A stretch of DNA of 64,000 bases from a virus (lineage: Duplodnaviria; Heunggongvirae; Uroviricota; Caudoviricetes), in the IMG/VR virus record IMGVR_UViG_3300043467_001216; one strand, written 5' to 3'. Position numbers and translations under genes: made by a program. The notes beneath the pieces are model-generated. The model ran no database searches, was not told where the DNA came from, and saw only the letters and a list, made by a program, of their open reading frames with translations. Positions 9,319 to 16,640 of the stretch are shown here, piece after piece (the stretch's first letter is position 1; each line of letters opens with the position of its first letter).

Positions 9319-9572
9319 ATTAATTTTTAAAACTTAGAAATCACAGAGACAGAAAAAACATTTATCAGTTCCGACTTAGAAAATGGTCGATGGTTATCTC
9401 CAATCGTAAGTGAAAGGAAATGGCAAGAAGAAAAATTAGTTGAGATATTCGGTCATTATCCGAACGCAAGTCCTAAATGGCTATATCTCAATGGTTTGAT
9501 ACACATTGCATTAGATTACATTAAACAAAATGAAGAAAAAATTTGACAAGTTGTAGGTTAAAAACCACAACT

Positions 9573-9770
9573 ATGAGTACAAACATCAACAGAGCAAAAC
9601 TGAACAAAGCACAAAATGGTAGAGAATACCGAAATAGATTGATAAATGACTTTTATCCAATTTATTGGGATGACGGAATTACTTTCTACGGAAACAAAAT
9701 GAGTTATCAAGTTAGAATGTATAAGACTTGGAAACACTACAGAAAAACTCAATATAAGGTAATAACCTAA
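9573..9770 (+). CDS. small basic hypothetical protein
   Basis: MSTNINRAKLNKAQ...MYKTWKHYRKTQYK; ATG 9573. Confidence 0.7.
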   Translation: MSTNINRAKLNKAQNGREYRNRLINDFYPIYWDDGITFYGNKMSYQVRMYKTWKHYRKTQYKVIT

Positions 9771-9865
9771 TAATGGGTGAATATTAGGTTAAAACCTAAT
9801 AATTGATGAATATAAGGCTGGAACCTTATAATGGTCGATTATAAGTCTCCAACCTTATTATTTGG
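9751..9865. repeat. four tandem 29-nt palindromic units
   Basis: Units at 9751, 9780, 9809, 9838; approximate consensus AATATAAGG-N4-AACCTWATAAT. Confidence 0.85.
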
Positions 9866-9935
9866 TTCCTTGGTGTAATGGATAGCACCTATCGCTACGG
9901 ACGATAATGTCAAGGTTCGAGTCCTTGGGGGACTA
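9864..9935 (+). tRNA. tRNA-Arg(ACG)
   Basis: TATCG-CTACGGA-CGATA; CAAGG-TTCGAGT-CCTTG. Confidence 0.92.
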
Positions 9936-9975
9936 CGTATCCGATGTGTGATACCGAGCTAGGTCGGTGTAATTT

Positions 9976-10063
9976 GGAAGATTACCCAAGTTGGTGAAGG
10001 GGTCACATTGCTAACGTGATAGGTCTGAAATATGACGCGTGGGTTCGAGCCCCACATCTTCCG
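9976..10063 (+). tRNA. tRNA-Ser(GCT)
   Basis: GGAAGAT/ATCTTCC; loop TTGCTAA; long variable arm. Confidence 0.92.
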
Positions 10064-10070
10064 CAGAAAC

Positions 10071-10140
10071 ACCGAGGCTTAGAGGAAAAGAACTATCTCT
10101 CATAAGGATGGTCAAGTGGGTTCGAAACCCATACTCGGTA
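10071..10140 (+). tRNA. tRNA-Met(CAT), atypical D arm
   Basis: ACCGAG/CTCGGT acceptor; loop CTCATAA; GTGGG-TTCGAAA-CCCAT; weak D arm. Confidence 0.7.
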
Positions 10141-10161
10141 CAAAAAAATATTACAAAGGTA

Positions 10162-10230
10162 TTGTGAGAATGGAAATGATTACTTATCTTTGTTAGACAA
10201 AAGAAAAGGTCTTTGACATATTGGTTTAGA
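10162..10230 (+). promoter_or_regulatory. internal sigma-A promoter plus boxA-like element
   Basis: TATCTTTG 10185-10192; GGTCTTTGACATATTGGTTTAGA 10208-10230. Confidence 0.75.
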
Positions 10231-10239
10231 AAGAAATAA

Positions 10240-10314
10240 CGGGGTGTAGTCTTGGGGTGAGACGCTTGGTTTGGGACCAAGAGGCGGCAGGTTCGACACC
10301 TGCCACCCCGACCA
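10240..10314 (+). tRNA. tRNA-Pro(TGG)
   Basis: CGGGGTG/CACCCCG-A-CCA; CTTGG-TTTGGGA-CCAAG. Confidence 0.95.
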
Positions 10315-10322
10315 AAAATTAA

Positions 10323-10396
10323 CGGAATGTAGCTCAGCTGGTAAGAGCATTCGCCTGATACGTGAAAGGTCGTAGGTTCGAACCCTACCATTCCGA
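10323..10396 (+). tRNA. tRNA-Ile(GAT)
   Basis: CGGAATG/CATTCCG; TTCGC-CTGATAC-GTGAA. Confidence 0.92.
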
Positions 10397-10522
10397 CTAC
10401 TTAATACCGAATCGGGTTTGTCAGTAAAGTGGGACCCTGCGACTATGACACTTAGGTGTAATTAGAGAAAATGACATTAAATAACCCACCACGGAAGGTG
10501 TTATCGGTGACCTTCTATTTTT

Positions 10523-10597
10523 GACTTCGTAGCTCAGTTGGTTTAGAGCAGTACACTTTTAATGTACGGGTCGTGAGTTCGATTCTCACCGGGGTCA
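10523..10597 (+). tRNA. tRNA-Lys(TTT)
   Basis: GTACA-CTTTTAA-TGTAC. Confidence 0.95.
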
Positions 10598-10605
10598 CAA
10601 TAATT

Positions 10606-10677
10606 AGCCCTTTAGCTTAAAGGTGAAGTACTTGTTTTACATACAAGATAGTGTAGGTTCGAGTCCTACAGGGGCTA
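10606..10677 (+). tRNA. tRNA-Val(TAC)
   Basis: CTTGT-TTTACAT-ACAAG. Confidence 0.9.
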
Positions 10678-10787
10678 CAAAATGTTAAGTTGGGTTTCCT
10701 AGTGGTAACGGTATGAACTATAGTAAGTAAGCCACAAGATTCTAGTAATAAGCGACAGATGGATTACTCGCGACTTAATATTTAATT

Positions 10788-10861
10788 GGACAGATGCCTG
10801 AGTGGTTTAAAGGGGTGGACTGCAAATCCACTATCCGGGGGTTCGAATCCCTCTCTGTCCT
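10788..10861 (+). tRNA. tRNA-Cys(GCA)
   Basis: GTGGA-CTGCAAA-TCCAC; U73 discriminator. Confidence 0.95.
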
Positions 10862-10887
10862 CAATGAAATATATTGTTTCATTATTT

Positions 10888-10959
10888 GCATCATTGGTGT
10901 AATGGCTAGCATAAATGGTTCCAACCCATTTGGTCAGGGTTCGAGTCCTTGGTGGTGCG
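10888..10959 (+). tRNA. tRNA-Trp(CCA)
   Basis: AATGG-TTCCAAC-CCATT; G73. Confidence 0.9.
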
Positions 10960-11030
10960 CAAATATCGTAGGAGAGTTGATTAAGTTCAAACCCGCCGTT
11001 AAATTGTGAAGGACAATCTACGATATATTC

Positions 11031-11113
<83 letters not shown>

Positions 11114-11191
11114 CAATAAAAAAAAATTTAAACCAATTGTTGACACTTTTCAAAACTTTGATATATTTAATTAGTAAAGAATAACAAAATT

Positions 11192-11266
11192 ATGCAAAAC
11201 TTGAATAACATACTAATAGCGAGAACGGAGGGAGACAATCCTTGTGTATCGGAGAAGGTGTGTTAA
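11192..11266 (+). CDS. leader peptide 2 of tRNA operon 2 (MQNLNNILIARTEGDNPCVSEKVC)
   Basis: 24 codons after A-rich start; codons 3-16 all read by operon-2 tRNAs; contains antiterminator strand. Confidence 0.8.
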   Translation: MQNLNNILIARTEGDNPCVSEKVC

Positions 11267-11322
11267 TTCATTAAACATAAAATTTAAATGAAACCCTTCT
11301 CCAAAAGAGAGGGGTTTTTTTT
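11251..11322 (+). terminator. attenuator 2 (terminator/antiterminator)
   Basis: AAACCCTTCTC-CAAAA-GAGAGGGG-T8 (11291-11322); GGAGAAGG 11251-11258 complements CCTTCTCC 11295-11302. Confidence 0.85.
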
Positions 11323-11332
11323 GTTACCTACG

Positions 11333-11404
11333 TTTGGTAAATCAAAATAAAAGCATTAGATTTGTCAGACAAAAGAAAAAAGTTCTTTGACATATTGGTT
11401 TAGA
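11333..11404 (+). promoter_or_regulatory. sigma-A promoter plus boxA-like element
   Basis: TTTG 11333, TAGATTTG 11357-11364, GTTCTTTGACATATTGGTTTAGA 11382-11404. Confidence 0.75.
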
Positions 11405-11411
11405 AGTTAAT

Positions 11412-11484
11412 ATCCTCGTGACGGAAAGGTATACGTCCTTGTCTTAGAAACAAGGTTTTGTGGGTTCGAATCCCACCGAGGATA
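11412..11484 (+). tRNA. tRNA-Leu(TAG), short variable loop
   Basis: ATCCTCG/CGAGGAT; CTTGT-CTTAGAA-ACAAG; 5-nt variable region. Confidence 0.88.
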
Positions 11485-11490
11485 CATAAT

Positions 11491-11564
11491 GGTTCAGTAG
11501 CTCAACAGGTGAGAGCAGGACGCTTATATCGTCAAGGTTGGGGGTTCAAATCCCTCCTGAACTA
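11491..11564 (+). tRNA. tRNA-Ile(TAT)
   Basis: GGTTCAG/CTGAACT; GACG-CTTATAT-CGTC. Confidence 0.85.
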
Positions 11565-11595
11565 CTGAAAAAATAAAAAATAAAAAATAAAAATT

Positions 11596-12111
11596 ATGTC
11601 AATATATAGTGTTGGTAGAAAAACTTACGGTTCTGAAAATATTAAAATTTACGAATGGGGTGAAGGTAAAACAATTAAAATAGGGTCTTTTTGTTCAATA
11701 GCAACAAATATTCAAATTTTTATTGGGGGTAATCATAGACCTGATTGGATTACAACATTCCCATTTCCACATTCGTTTAGTGTGGGTCATCCGTCATCTA
11801 ATGGTGATGTTATAATTGGTAATGATGTTTGGATTGGTGCTAATGCAACAATAATGTCAGGTGTTATTATTGGTGATGGTGCCGTTATTGCAAATAATTC
11901 TCACGTAGTAAAAAATGTTGAACCTTACACTATTGTTGGAGGTAATCCAGCTAAACCTATCCGTAAAAGATTTGATGATGAAACAATTCAAAAACTTTTA
12001 AAATTAAAATGGTGGGATTTTAATGATGATGAGATAAATAGAATAACCCCAATTTTATGTTCTAGTAATATAAACGAATTGTTTGAATTATATAAGGATA
12101 AATTACTTTAA
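11596..12111 (+). CDS. CatB/Vat-like hexapeptide-repeat O-acetyltransferase
   Basis: IGSFCSIA, GGNHRPDWITTFPF, IGNDVWIG, VGGNPAKPIRKRF, LKWWD. Confidence 0.9.
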   Translation: MSIYSVGRKTYGSENIKIYEWGEGKTIKIGSFCSIATNIQIFIGGNHRPDWITTFPFPHSFSVGHPSSNGDVIIGNDVWIGANATIMSGVIIGDGAVIANNSHVVKNVEPYTIVGGNPAKPIRKRFDDETIQKLLKLKWWDFNDDEINRITPILCSSNINELFELYKDKLL

Positions 12112-12142
12112 AAAAAGTCTTGTATAATCAAAAGTAAATACT

Positions 12143-12193
12143 TAGATTTGTAAGACAAAAGAAAACAAAAGGTCTTTGACATATCGGAATAGA
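12143..12193 (+). promoter_or_regulatory. internal sigma-A promoter plus boxA-like element
   Basis: TAGATTTG 12143-12150; GGTCTTTGACATATCGGAATAGA 12171-12193. Confidence 0.7.
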
Positions 12194-12204
12194 AAAAATA
12201 AAAT

Positions 12205-12278
12205 GTCGCGTTAGACGAGTGGTTTAAGTCGTCACCCTTTCAAGGTGAAAATCACGGGTTCGAATCCCGTACGCGATA
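12205..12278 (+). tRNA. tRNA-Glu(TTC)
   Basis: TCACC-CTTTCAA-GGTGA. Confidence 0.95.
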
Positions 12279-12283
12279 CATAT

Positions 12284-12355
12284 CGCGGGATGGGGGAGTG
12301 GTCACCCCGCTGGGCTCATAACCCTGAGACACAGGTTCGAATCCTGTTCCCGCTA
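12284..12355 (+). tRNA. initiator tRNA-fMet(CAT)
   Basis: C1 mismatch; GGG/CCC in anticodon stem; loop CTCATAA. Confidence 0.92.
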
Positions 12356-12361
12356 CTAAAT

Positions 12362-12546
12362 AAAACAAGTGAGGACGGTGAGTAAACCCTCACTGTCTAT
12401 AAATCCCAAGACGGTACTTGATTCGCGGTAGTAAAGTTATTGAGGGTAGAATTACTATAAGTCTGGGATTAGCTACCCAAATGACGAAAATGTAATCACC
12501 GAGTAAAATTGGTTATGATGTGTAATGGTCACGAAAAACTTGTTTT
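12362..12546 (+). ncRNA. structured inter-tRNA RNA (~185 nt), family unknown
   Basis: Closing stem AAAACAAGT/ACTTGTTTT; hairpin GACGGTGAG/CTCACTGTC; AATCCCA/TGGGATT; possible pseudoknot GGGTAG/CTACCC. Confidence 0.6.
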
Positions 12547-12554
12547 TTTAAAAT

Positions 12555-12626
12555 GGTCTATTAGTGTAGTGGCTAACATACATCCCTGTCACGGATGTGC
12601 CGCGAGTTCGATTCTCGCATAGACCG
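12555..12626 (+). tRNA. tRNA-Asp(GTC)
   Basis: CATCC-CTGTCAC-GGATG; G73. Confidence 0.95.
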
Positions 12627-12847
12627 CGGGAGTGTACACAGTAGAGTTCTGTTTGAGAGAGGATTGTAACACGCACTTTAAAATGAGGTTACAAGGTATC
12701 AAACCGTTTATTCAGTTTTGACCGATAAAAACTGACGATTTTTTGAGAAATTTTAAGTCGATATAAAATTTCTTCGTGATATTAGTAGGTTTGGCCGCCT
12801 CATCACGTTAATGTGATGAAACATACCCAATGGAGTAATCACAACTT

Positions 12848-12920
12848 GCGGTAGTCGTATAATGGTTTATTATATAACCTTGCCAAGGTTAGGACGGAGG
12901 TTCGATTCCTCTCTACCGCT
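12848..12920 (+). tRNA. tRNA-Gly(GCC)
   Basis: TAACC-TTGCCAA-GGTTA; U73. Confidence 0.93.
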
Positions 12921-12969
12921 CAAAATAAAGGAGTTATAACCCTTTATATGGATGGTTCGAAACATCCGA

Positions 12970-13043
12970 TTGAGTATGGTGTACGGTGCACGGATGATGG
13001 TAATACGGATTCAAGATTAAGGTTCAATTCCTTATTATTCAGC
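12970..13043 (+). ncRNA. tRNA-like element lacking a canonical anticodon arm
   Basis: TTGAGTA/TATTCAG acceptor-like stem; GTGT/GCAC D stem; TAAGG-TTCAATT-CCTTA T arm; no 5-bp/7-nt anticodon arm. Confidence 0.5.
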
Positions 13044-13066
13044 AAAGAGAAATAACACTCTTAATT

Positions 13067-13139
13067 GGTCTCTTAGTATAATGGCTTATTATTCTGGCTT
13101 TGTAACCCAGAGATAACGGTTCGAATCCGTTAGGGACCT
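13067..13139 (+). tRNA. tRNA-Thr(TGT)
   Basis: CTGGC-TTTGTAA-CCCAG (C:C mismatch at the pair closing the loop). Confidence 0.88.
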
Positions 13140-13145
13140 CACAAT

Positions 13146-13217
13146 GGACTATTAGCTCAGCGGTAGAGCAATCGGCTGTTAACCGATAGGTCGTAGGTTC
13201 GAATCCTTCATGGTCCG
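13146..13217 (+). tRNA. tRNA-Asn(GTT)
   Basis: ATCGG-CTGTTAA-CCGAT. Confidence 0.95.
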
Positions 13218-13276
13218 CAAAAAAGAGGAAAAACTTGTGTAGGTGCCTCAAGGGACTGCTGCCCTACTACACTCAA

Positions 13277-13356
13277 GGACCTGTGGTGAAATTGGTATAC
13301 ACGCTTTCTTTAAGCGGAAGTTCTTAGGATTGTGGGTTCGACTCCCACCAGGTTCA
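13277..13356 (+). tRNA. tRNA-Leu(TAA)
   Basis: CTTTC-TTTAAGC-GGAAG; variable arm. Confidence 0.9.
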
Positions 13357-13442
13357 CAATAGTGTCTCAGAACGCTCTGATAAGGTAACTTATTAACGAT
13401 GAGGTCTCGGTAGACAGAACGCGTCTGATTCTACCCAAATTA

Positions 13443-13515
13443 GCGGGTGTCGTATAGTGGATTATTATATTAGACTTCCAATTTAAAGACGAGGGTTCGA
13501 TTCCCTCCACCCGCT
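13443..13515 (+). tRNA. tRNA-Gly(TCC)
   Basis: GCGGGTG/CACCCGC; loop CTTCCAA. Confidence 0.93.
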
Positions 13516-13630
13516 CAAAATAGACAACAAACTCTTCACCGAGGAAAACCTTTAAAACAGATTCACAACTATAAAGGTCGTTGAGTTGGGTAATAATAAA
13601 TGTGAGTATTACCTGTTGTCTTTTTATTAT

Positions 13631-13706
13631 GGGGGTATCGTATAATGGCTTATTACGGTAGATTTGCAATTTACAAATCTGGTTTCGATTACCAGTACCT
13701 CCACCA
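13631..13706 (+). tRNA. tRNA-Ala(TGC)
   Basis: G3:U70 identity pair; loop TTTGCAA; encoded ACCA. Confidence 0.93.
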
Positions 13707-13712
13707 TATTTT

Positions 13713-13785
13713 GGTCCTATGATGTAACTGAATAGCATAAGCCCCTTCTAAGGGTTTCGTTGGGGTTTGAATCCCTGTAGGACTA
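13713..13785 (+). tRNA. tRNA-Arg(TCT)
   Basis: AGCCC-CTTCTAA-GGGTT; T loop TTTGAAT. Confidence 0.88.
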
Positions 13786-14145
13786 CTCGTTGTGATGACG
13801 GATACGATGACAATTTGAACAAAGTAAATCACATTTATCAAGTTCTTTAATTATTTTATCCCAAGAACGTTTTCGTAAGTGAGTCCATTCAACATCTTTT
13901 TGTGATGGGTCACGATGATGAAAATCAAAAATAACATATGGTGATTTAGGGTATGAATTAGAACAATCTAAACATTTACCACCTTTATACTCAATAGCTT
14001 TTATTTTTGTTTTAATCCAACGTTCAGAACAATATTTATTGAAGCAGACTTTACATTTTGATTGTTTTGAAGGTCTATCGTTTTGTTGATAGAATTCAGT
14101 TACTGATTTTTCTTCATTACACGAAGTACAAATTTTAGTTTCCAT
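13783..14145 (-). mobile_element. free-standing HNH homing endonuclease gene
   Basis: METKICTSC..CKVC zinc finger; GGKCLDC, FDFHHRDP, LLCSNCHRIRH; ATG 14145 preceded by TATTTAT; tRNA 3' fragment on the far side. Confidence 0.85.
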
Positions 14146-14189
14146 AACAATAAATATGTGGATAGTATCAAAAAGACTAATTCCATAAT

Positions 14190-14214
14190 CAGGGTTTGAA
14201 TCCCTGTGGGGCAA
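14190..14214 (+). pseudogene. orphan tRNA 3' fragment (T arm plus acceptor strand)
   Basis: GGGTTTGAATCCCTGT at 14192-14207 is identical to 13763-13778 in tRNA-Arg(TCT). Confidence 0.75.
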
Positions 14215-14216
14215 CA

Positions 14217-14420
14217 ATGAGTTCGAGAAACTCAATGGGTTTTTAAGAGTCCCTCAAAACTTAACGGAACTGATACCATCCACGTTACGGGGTATTCATT
14301 GGGAATCGGAAGGAAGACTCTCCTATCCCCCAAGTAAGAGTTGATTTTTAAGCGGTAAGACGCGTTGGGTTTTGCATAAGAAAACTGTGAATATCTACTC
14401 TCCGTAATCTCAGGAGGGGT
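14217..14420 (+). ncRNA. structured non-coding RNA (~200 nt), family unknown
   Basis: No long plus-strand ORF; raised GC; multiple hairpins; terminal hairpin CTCTCC-GTAATCTCA-GGAGGG. Confidence 0.5.
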
Positions 14421-14421
14421 T

Positions 14422-14528
14422 TATTTATTGACCGAGTGGTTTAAGGTTGAGCATACATAAAGTCTGGGAATGTGGTATGTATGATACCTATACACGGGGA
14501 CTCACAGGTTCGAATCCTGTATTGATAA
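14422..14528 (+). ncRNA. tRNA-like RNA with enlarged central domain
   Basis: D arm ACC-GAGTGGTTTAA-GGT and T arm ACAGG-TTCGAAT-CCTGT flank ~53 nt with a CATACATA/TATGTATG stem and 16-nt loop. Confidence 0.6.
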
Positions 14529-14592
14529 CGTAATTCTAAACCAATATGTTTTTTTTTTCATTTAAGAATATTTATTAATAAACAATTTTAAG

Positions 14593-15861
14593 ATGAAAAA
14601 AACAATTCGTTTAAAAGAAACAGATTTAATAAATGTTGTTAATTCAATAATCAAAGAAAATAACTATCTTTTTGAAGATTCTGTTGAACAAATATTTGAC
14701 AATATTGATAGAAAATACGATTACAAAATATCAAATAACACTTGGTACGCTAAACTAAAAAATGGAACTGAATGGGTGGATTTATCAGGATATCCTAAAG
14801 CCATAACTATATTAAATAATAAAACAGGTATTAATGTTGTACCTGATGTTGAACCTACTCCAAAACCTATTCCTGACCCAAGACCTATTCCTGACCCAAA
14901 ACCAAAACCTATTCCTGAGCCAAAACCAAAACCAAAACCAAAACCTATTCCTGAGCCAAAACCAAAACCTGAAGATGACACTAAATTAACCCCACAACAA
15001 AAATTAATGAGAGCGAAATCTTGTGGGTTCAATTCTTGGATTGAATATAAATCAAGTGGGTTTAAATGTGGTGAAAAACCTGTTCCAAATCCAATTGATA
15101 AATCAGACACTATTGTTAGTAAAACAACTAATCCTAATTTTTTATCAAAAATAGTTAAAGTTGGTCCTAAAATTAGTACGGGTAAATCAACACCTGTCTT
15201 TGGTGCGGGTCAACGTGAATGTGCTCAGTTTGTTAACGATTTTGATACTAAACTTGAATCCGTTGGGGATGCTTGGTTAGCTCATAGTAAAGACCAAATA
15301 GGTCCACGTATTTTTACGTCATTTAGAGGTTTATCACCTGATGATGTTAAAAGAATCACTGATTTATGGGTTAAAATAGATAAATCAGGTGGTGCTAAAG
15401 GTAATTATATTAATGATGCTAGAAATTTAGTAAGAAGTTTGATTAAATCAGCACCGCCTAAATTACAACTTAATGATGTTGTTGGTATATACTACCCAAC
15501 TTCAGAAAATCACGAAAAAGCTTTTTATCTTGGGGGTAAAAACGCCATATCAGGTAATAAACCATATATTCTAAAAAATAATGGTAAATACGTTCCAGGT
15601 AATACTCTTAAATCAGGTAATGCTTGGGGTATGAATACTCACGTAGGTATAGTAGGTGCGATTAAAGATGGTGTTCCAATTATATTCCATAACGTTCACG
15701 GACAAGTTTATGCCGACCCTTATAATAGGTTATTAGATGGTGGTAAAATTGCTTGGGTTAGACGTGCGGGTAACTCATCACCAATAGCTTTAAATAAAGT
15801 TAAAGGTCCTGGGTCAATTACTGAAGAAATCACAAACAGTGGATTAAAAAAAAAACTTTAG
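14593..15861 (+). CDS. virion-associated CHAP/NlpC-P60-like amidase with Pro-rich linker
   Basis: KTIRLKETDL N-terminal tag; PKPIPD/E repeats; ECAQFV..GDAW...THVGIV Cys/His pattern. Confidence 0.65.
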   Translation: MKKTIRLKETDLINVVNSIIKENNYLFEDSVEQIFDNIDRKYDYKISNNTWYAKLKNGTEWVDLSGYPKAITILNNKTGINVVPDVEPTPKPIPDPRPIPDPKPKPIPEPKPKPKPKPIPEPKPKPEDDTKLTPQQKLMRAKSCGFNSWIEYKSSGFKCGEKPVPNPIDKSDTIVSKTTNPNFLSKIVKVGPKISTGKSTPVFGAGQRECAQFVNDFDTKLESVGDAWLAHSKDQIGPRIFTSFRGLSPDDVKRITDLWVKIDKSGGAKGNYINDARNLVRSLIKSAPPKLQLNDVVGIYYPTSENHEKAFYLGGKNAISGNKPYILKNNGKYVPGNTLKSGNAWGMNTHVGIVGAIKDGVPIIFHNVHGQVYADPYNRLLDGGKIAWVRRAGNSSPIALNKVKGPGSITEEITNSGLKKKL

Positions 15862-15881
15862 TTGAACAGAACGACAATTTA

Positions 15882-16640
15882 ATGCCGGGACAAAGTGATA
15901 ACTATTATAACATATATAAAAACGCTCAAGAAGAAAACATAAAATATAAACAATATTCTTGTGTTCCTAACGGATTTAAACCATCAATATCTCAATTAAT
16001 TAAAAAAGGTTATAACCCTTTATTATTAAAGGCGGCATTGGGTATGATTGGTCGTGAAACATCATACGGTAATAGTCTTCGTTATAAAATATTATCACCT
16101 TTAAAAAATATAGGTGCTTACTTAGGGTTTGATACTTCTGCAGGATTAGCACAAATGAAAAATAGTACTAAGGAAAGTCTTAACATTAAAGAAGATATTA
16201 ATACGGTTACAGGTGCGTTAATTGCGATATATAAGTTTTTGGACCGAAGTTACAAAAAGGCAATTCAAGAAGGTTATTCAACATCACAACCTTCAACAAC
16301 CCCAAAAACAAGTACAGGTAACGCAGCTTTAGATATTTCAATTGCGTCATATAATATTGGATTTGGTAGGATTGTTAAATATTGTAAAACTGATGACCCT
16401 AATATTAAAAGACCTTGTTCTAAGGCAGGAAAAATCGTAGAACAATCAGTAGTCGGAGCACCAAATATGGGGGTTACCGGACAAAAAAGTAACCCCAATG
16501 ATAATGTTAAAAAAACTAAGTTTAAAGTTTCAAATCAATTAGTTAAAAACTATTTACCAAATATTCCGATTAATAAATTAACAACTTACGGATATGTTGA
16601 TGAGGTTGCTAACAGAATAAAAGGGTTTAATTGTTTTTAA
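15882..16640 (+). CDS. lytic transglycosylase (SLT-like)
   Basis: IGRETS, SAGLAQM, IASYNIG motifs; frame open upstream to the A10 run at 15846-15855. Confidence 0.7.
   Translation: MPGQSDNYYNIYKNAQEENIKYKQYSCVPNGFKPSISQLIKKGYNPLLLKAALGMIGRETSYGNSLRYKILSPLKNIGAYLGFDTSAGLAQMKNSTKESLNIKEDINTVTGALIAIYKFLDRSYKKAIQEGYSTSQPSTTPKTSTGNAALDISIASYNIGFGRIVKYCKTDDPNIKRPCSKAGKIVEQSVVGAPNMGVTGQKSNPNDNVKKTKFKVSNQLVKNYLPNIPINKLTTYGYVDEVANRIKGFNCF

Noticed and set aside
9751-9865. CRISPR array
   Set aside because: Units are contiguous, with only a few variable bases and no spacer-length unique sequence; no cas genes in the window.
8501-9948. 13-nt match CGTATCCGATGTG in leader 1 (8501) and after tRNA-Arg (9936)
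   Set aside because: Single short direct match with no supporting structure or mechanism; probably chance.
14146-14235. N-terminal extension of the HNH ORF to 14235
   Set aside because: Overlaps the tRNA fragment; ATG 14145 follows a TATTTAT motif and begins the zinc finger.
14422-14528. Group I intron-containing tRNA
   Set aside because: Insert is far too short for a self-splicing intron and no clean spliced anticodon arm could be reconstructed.
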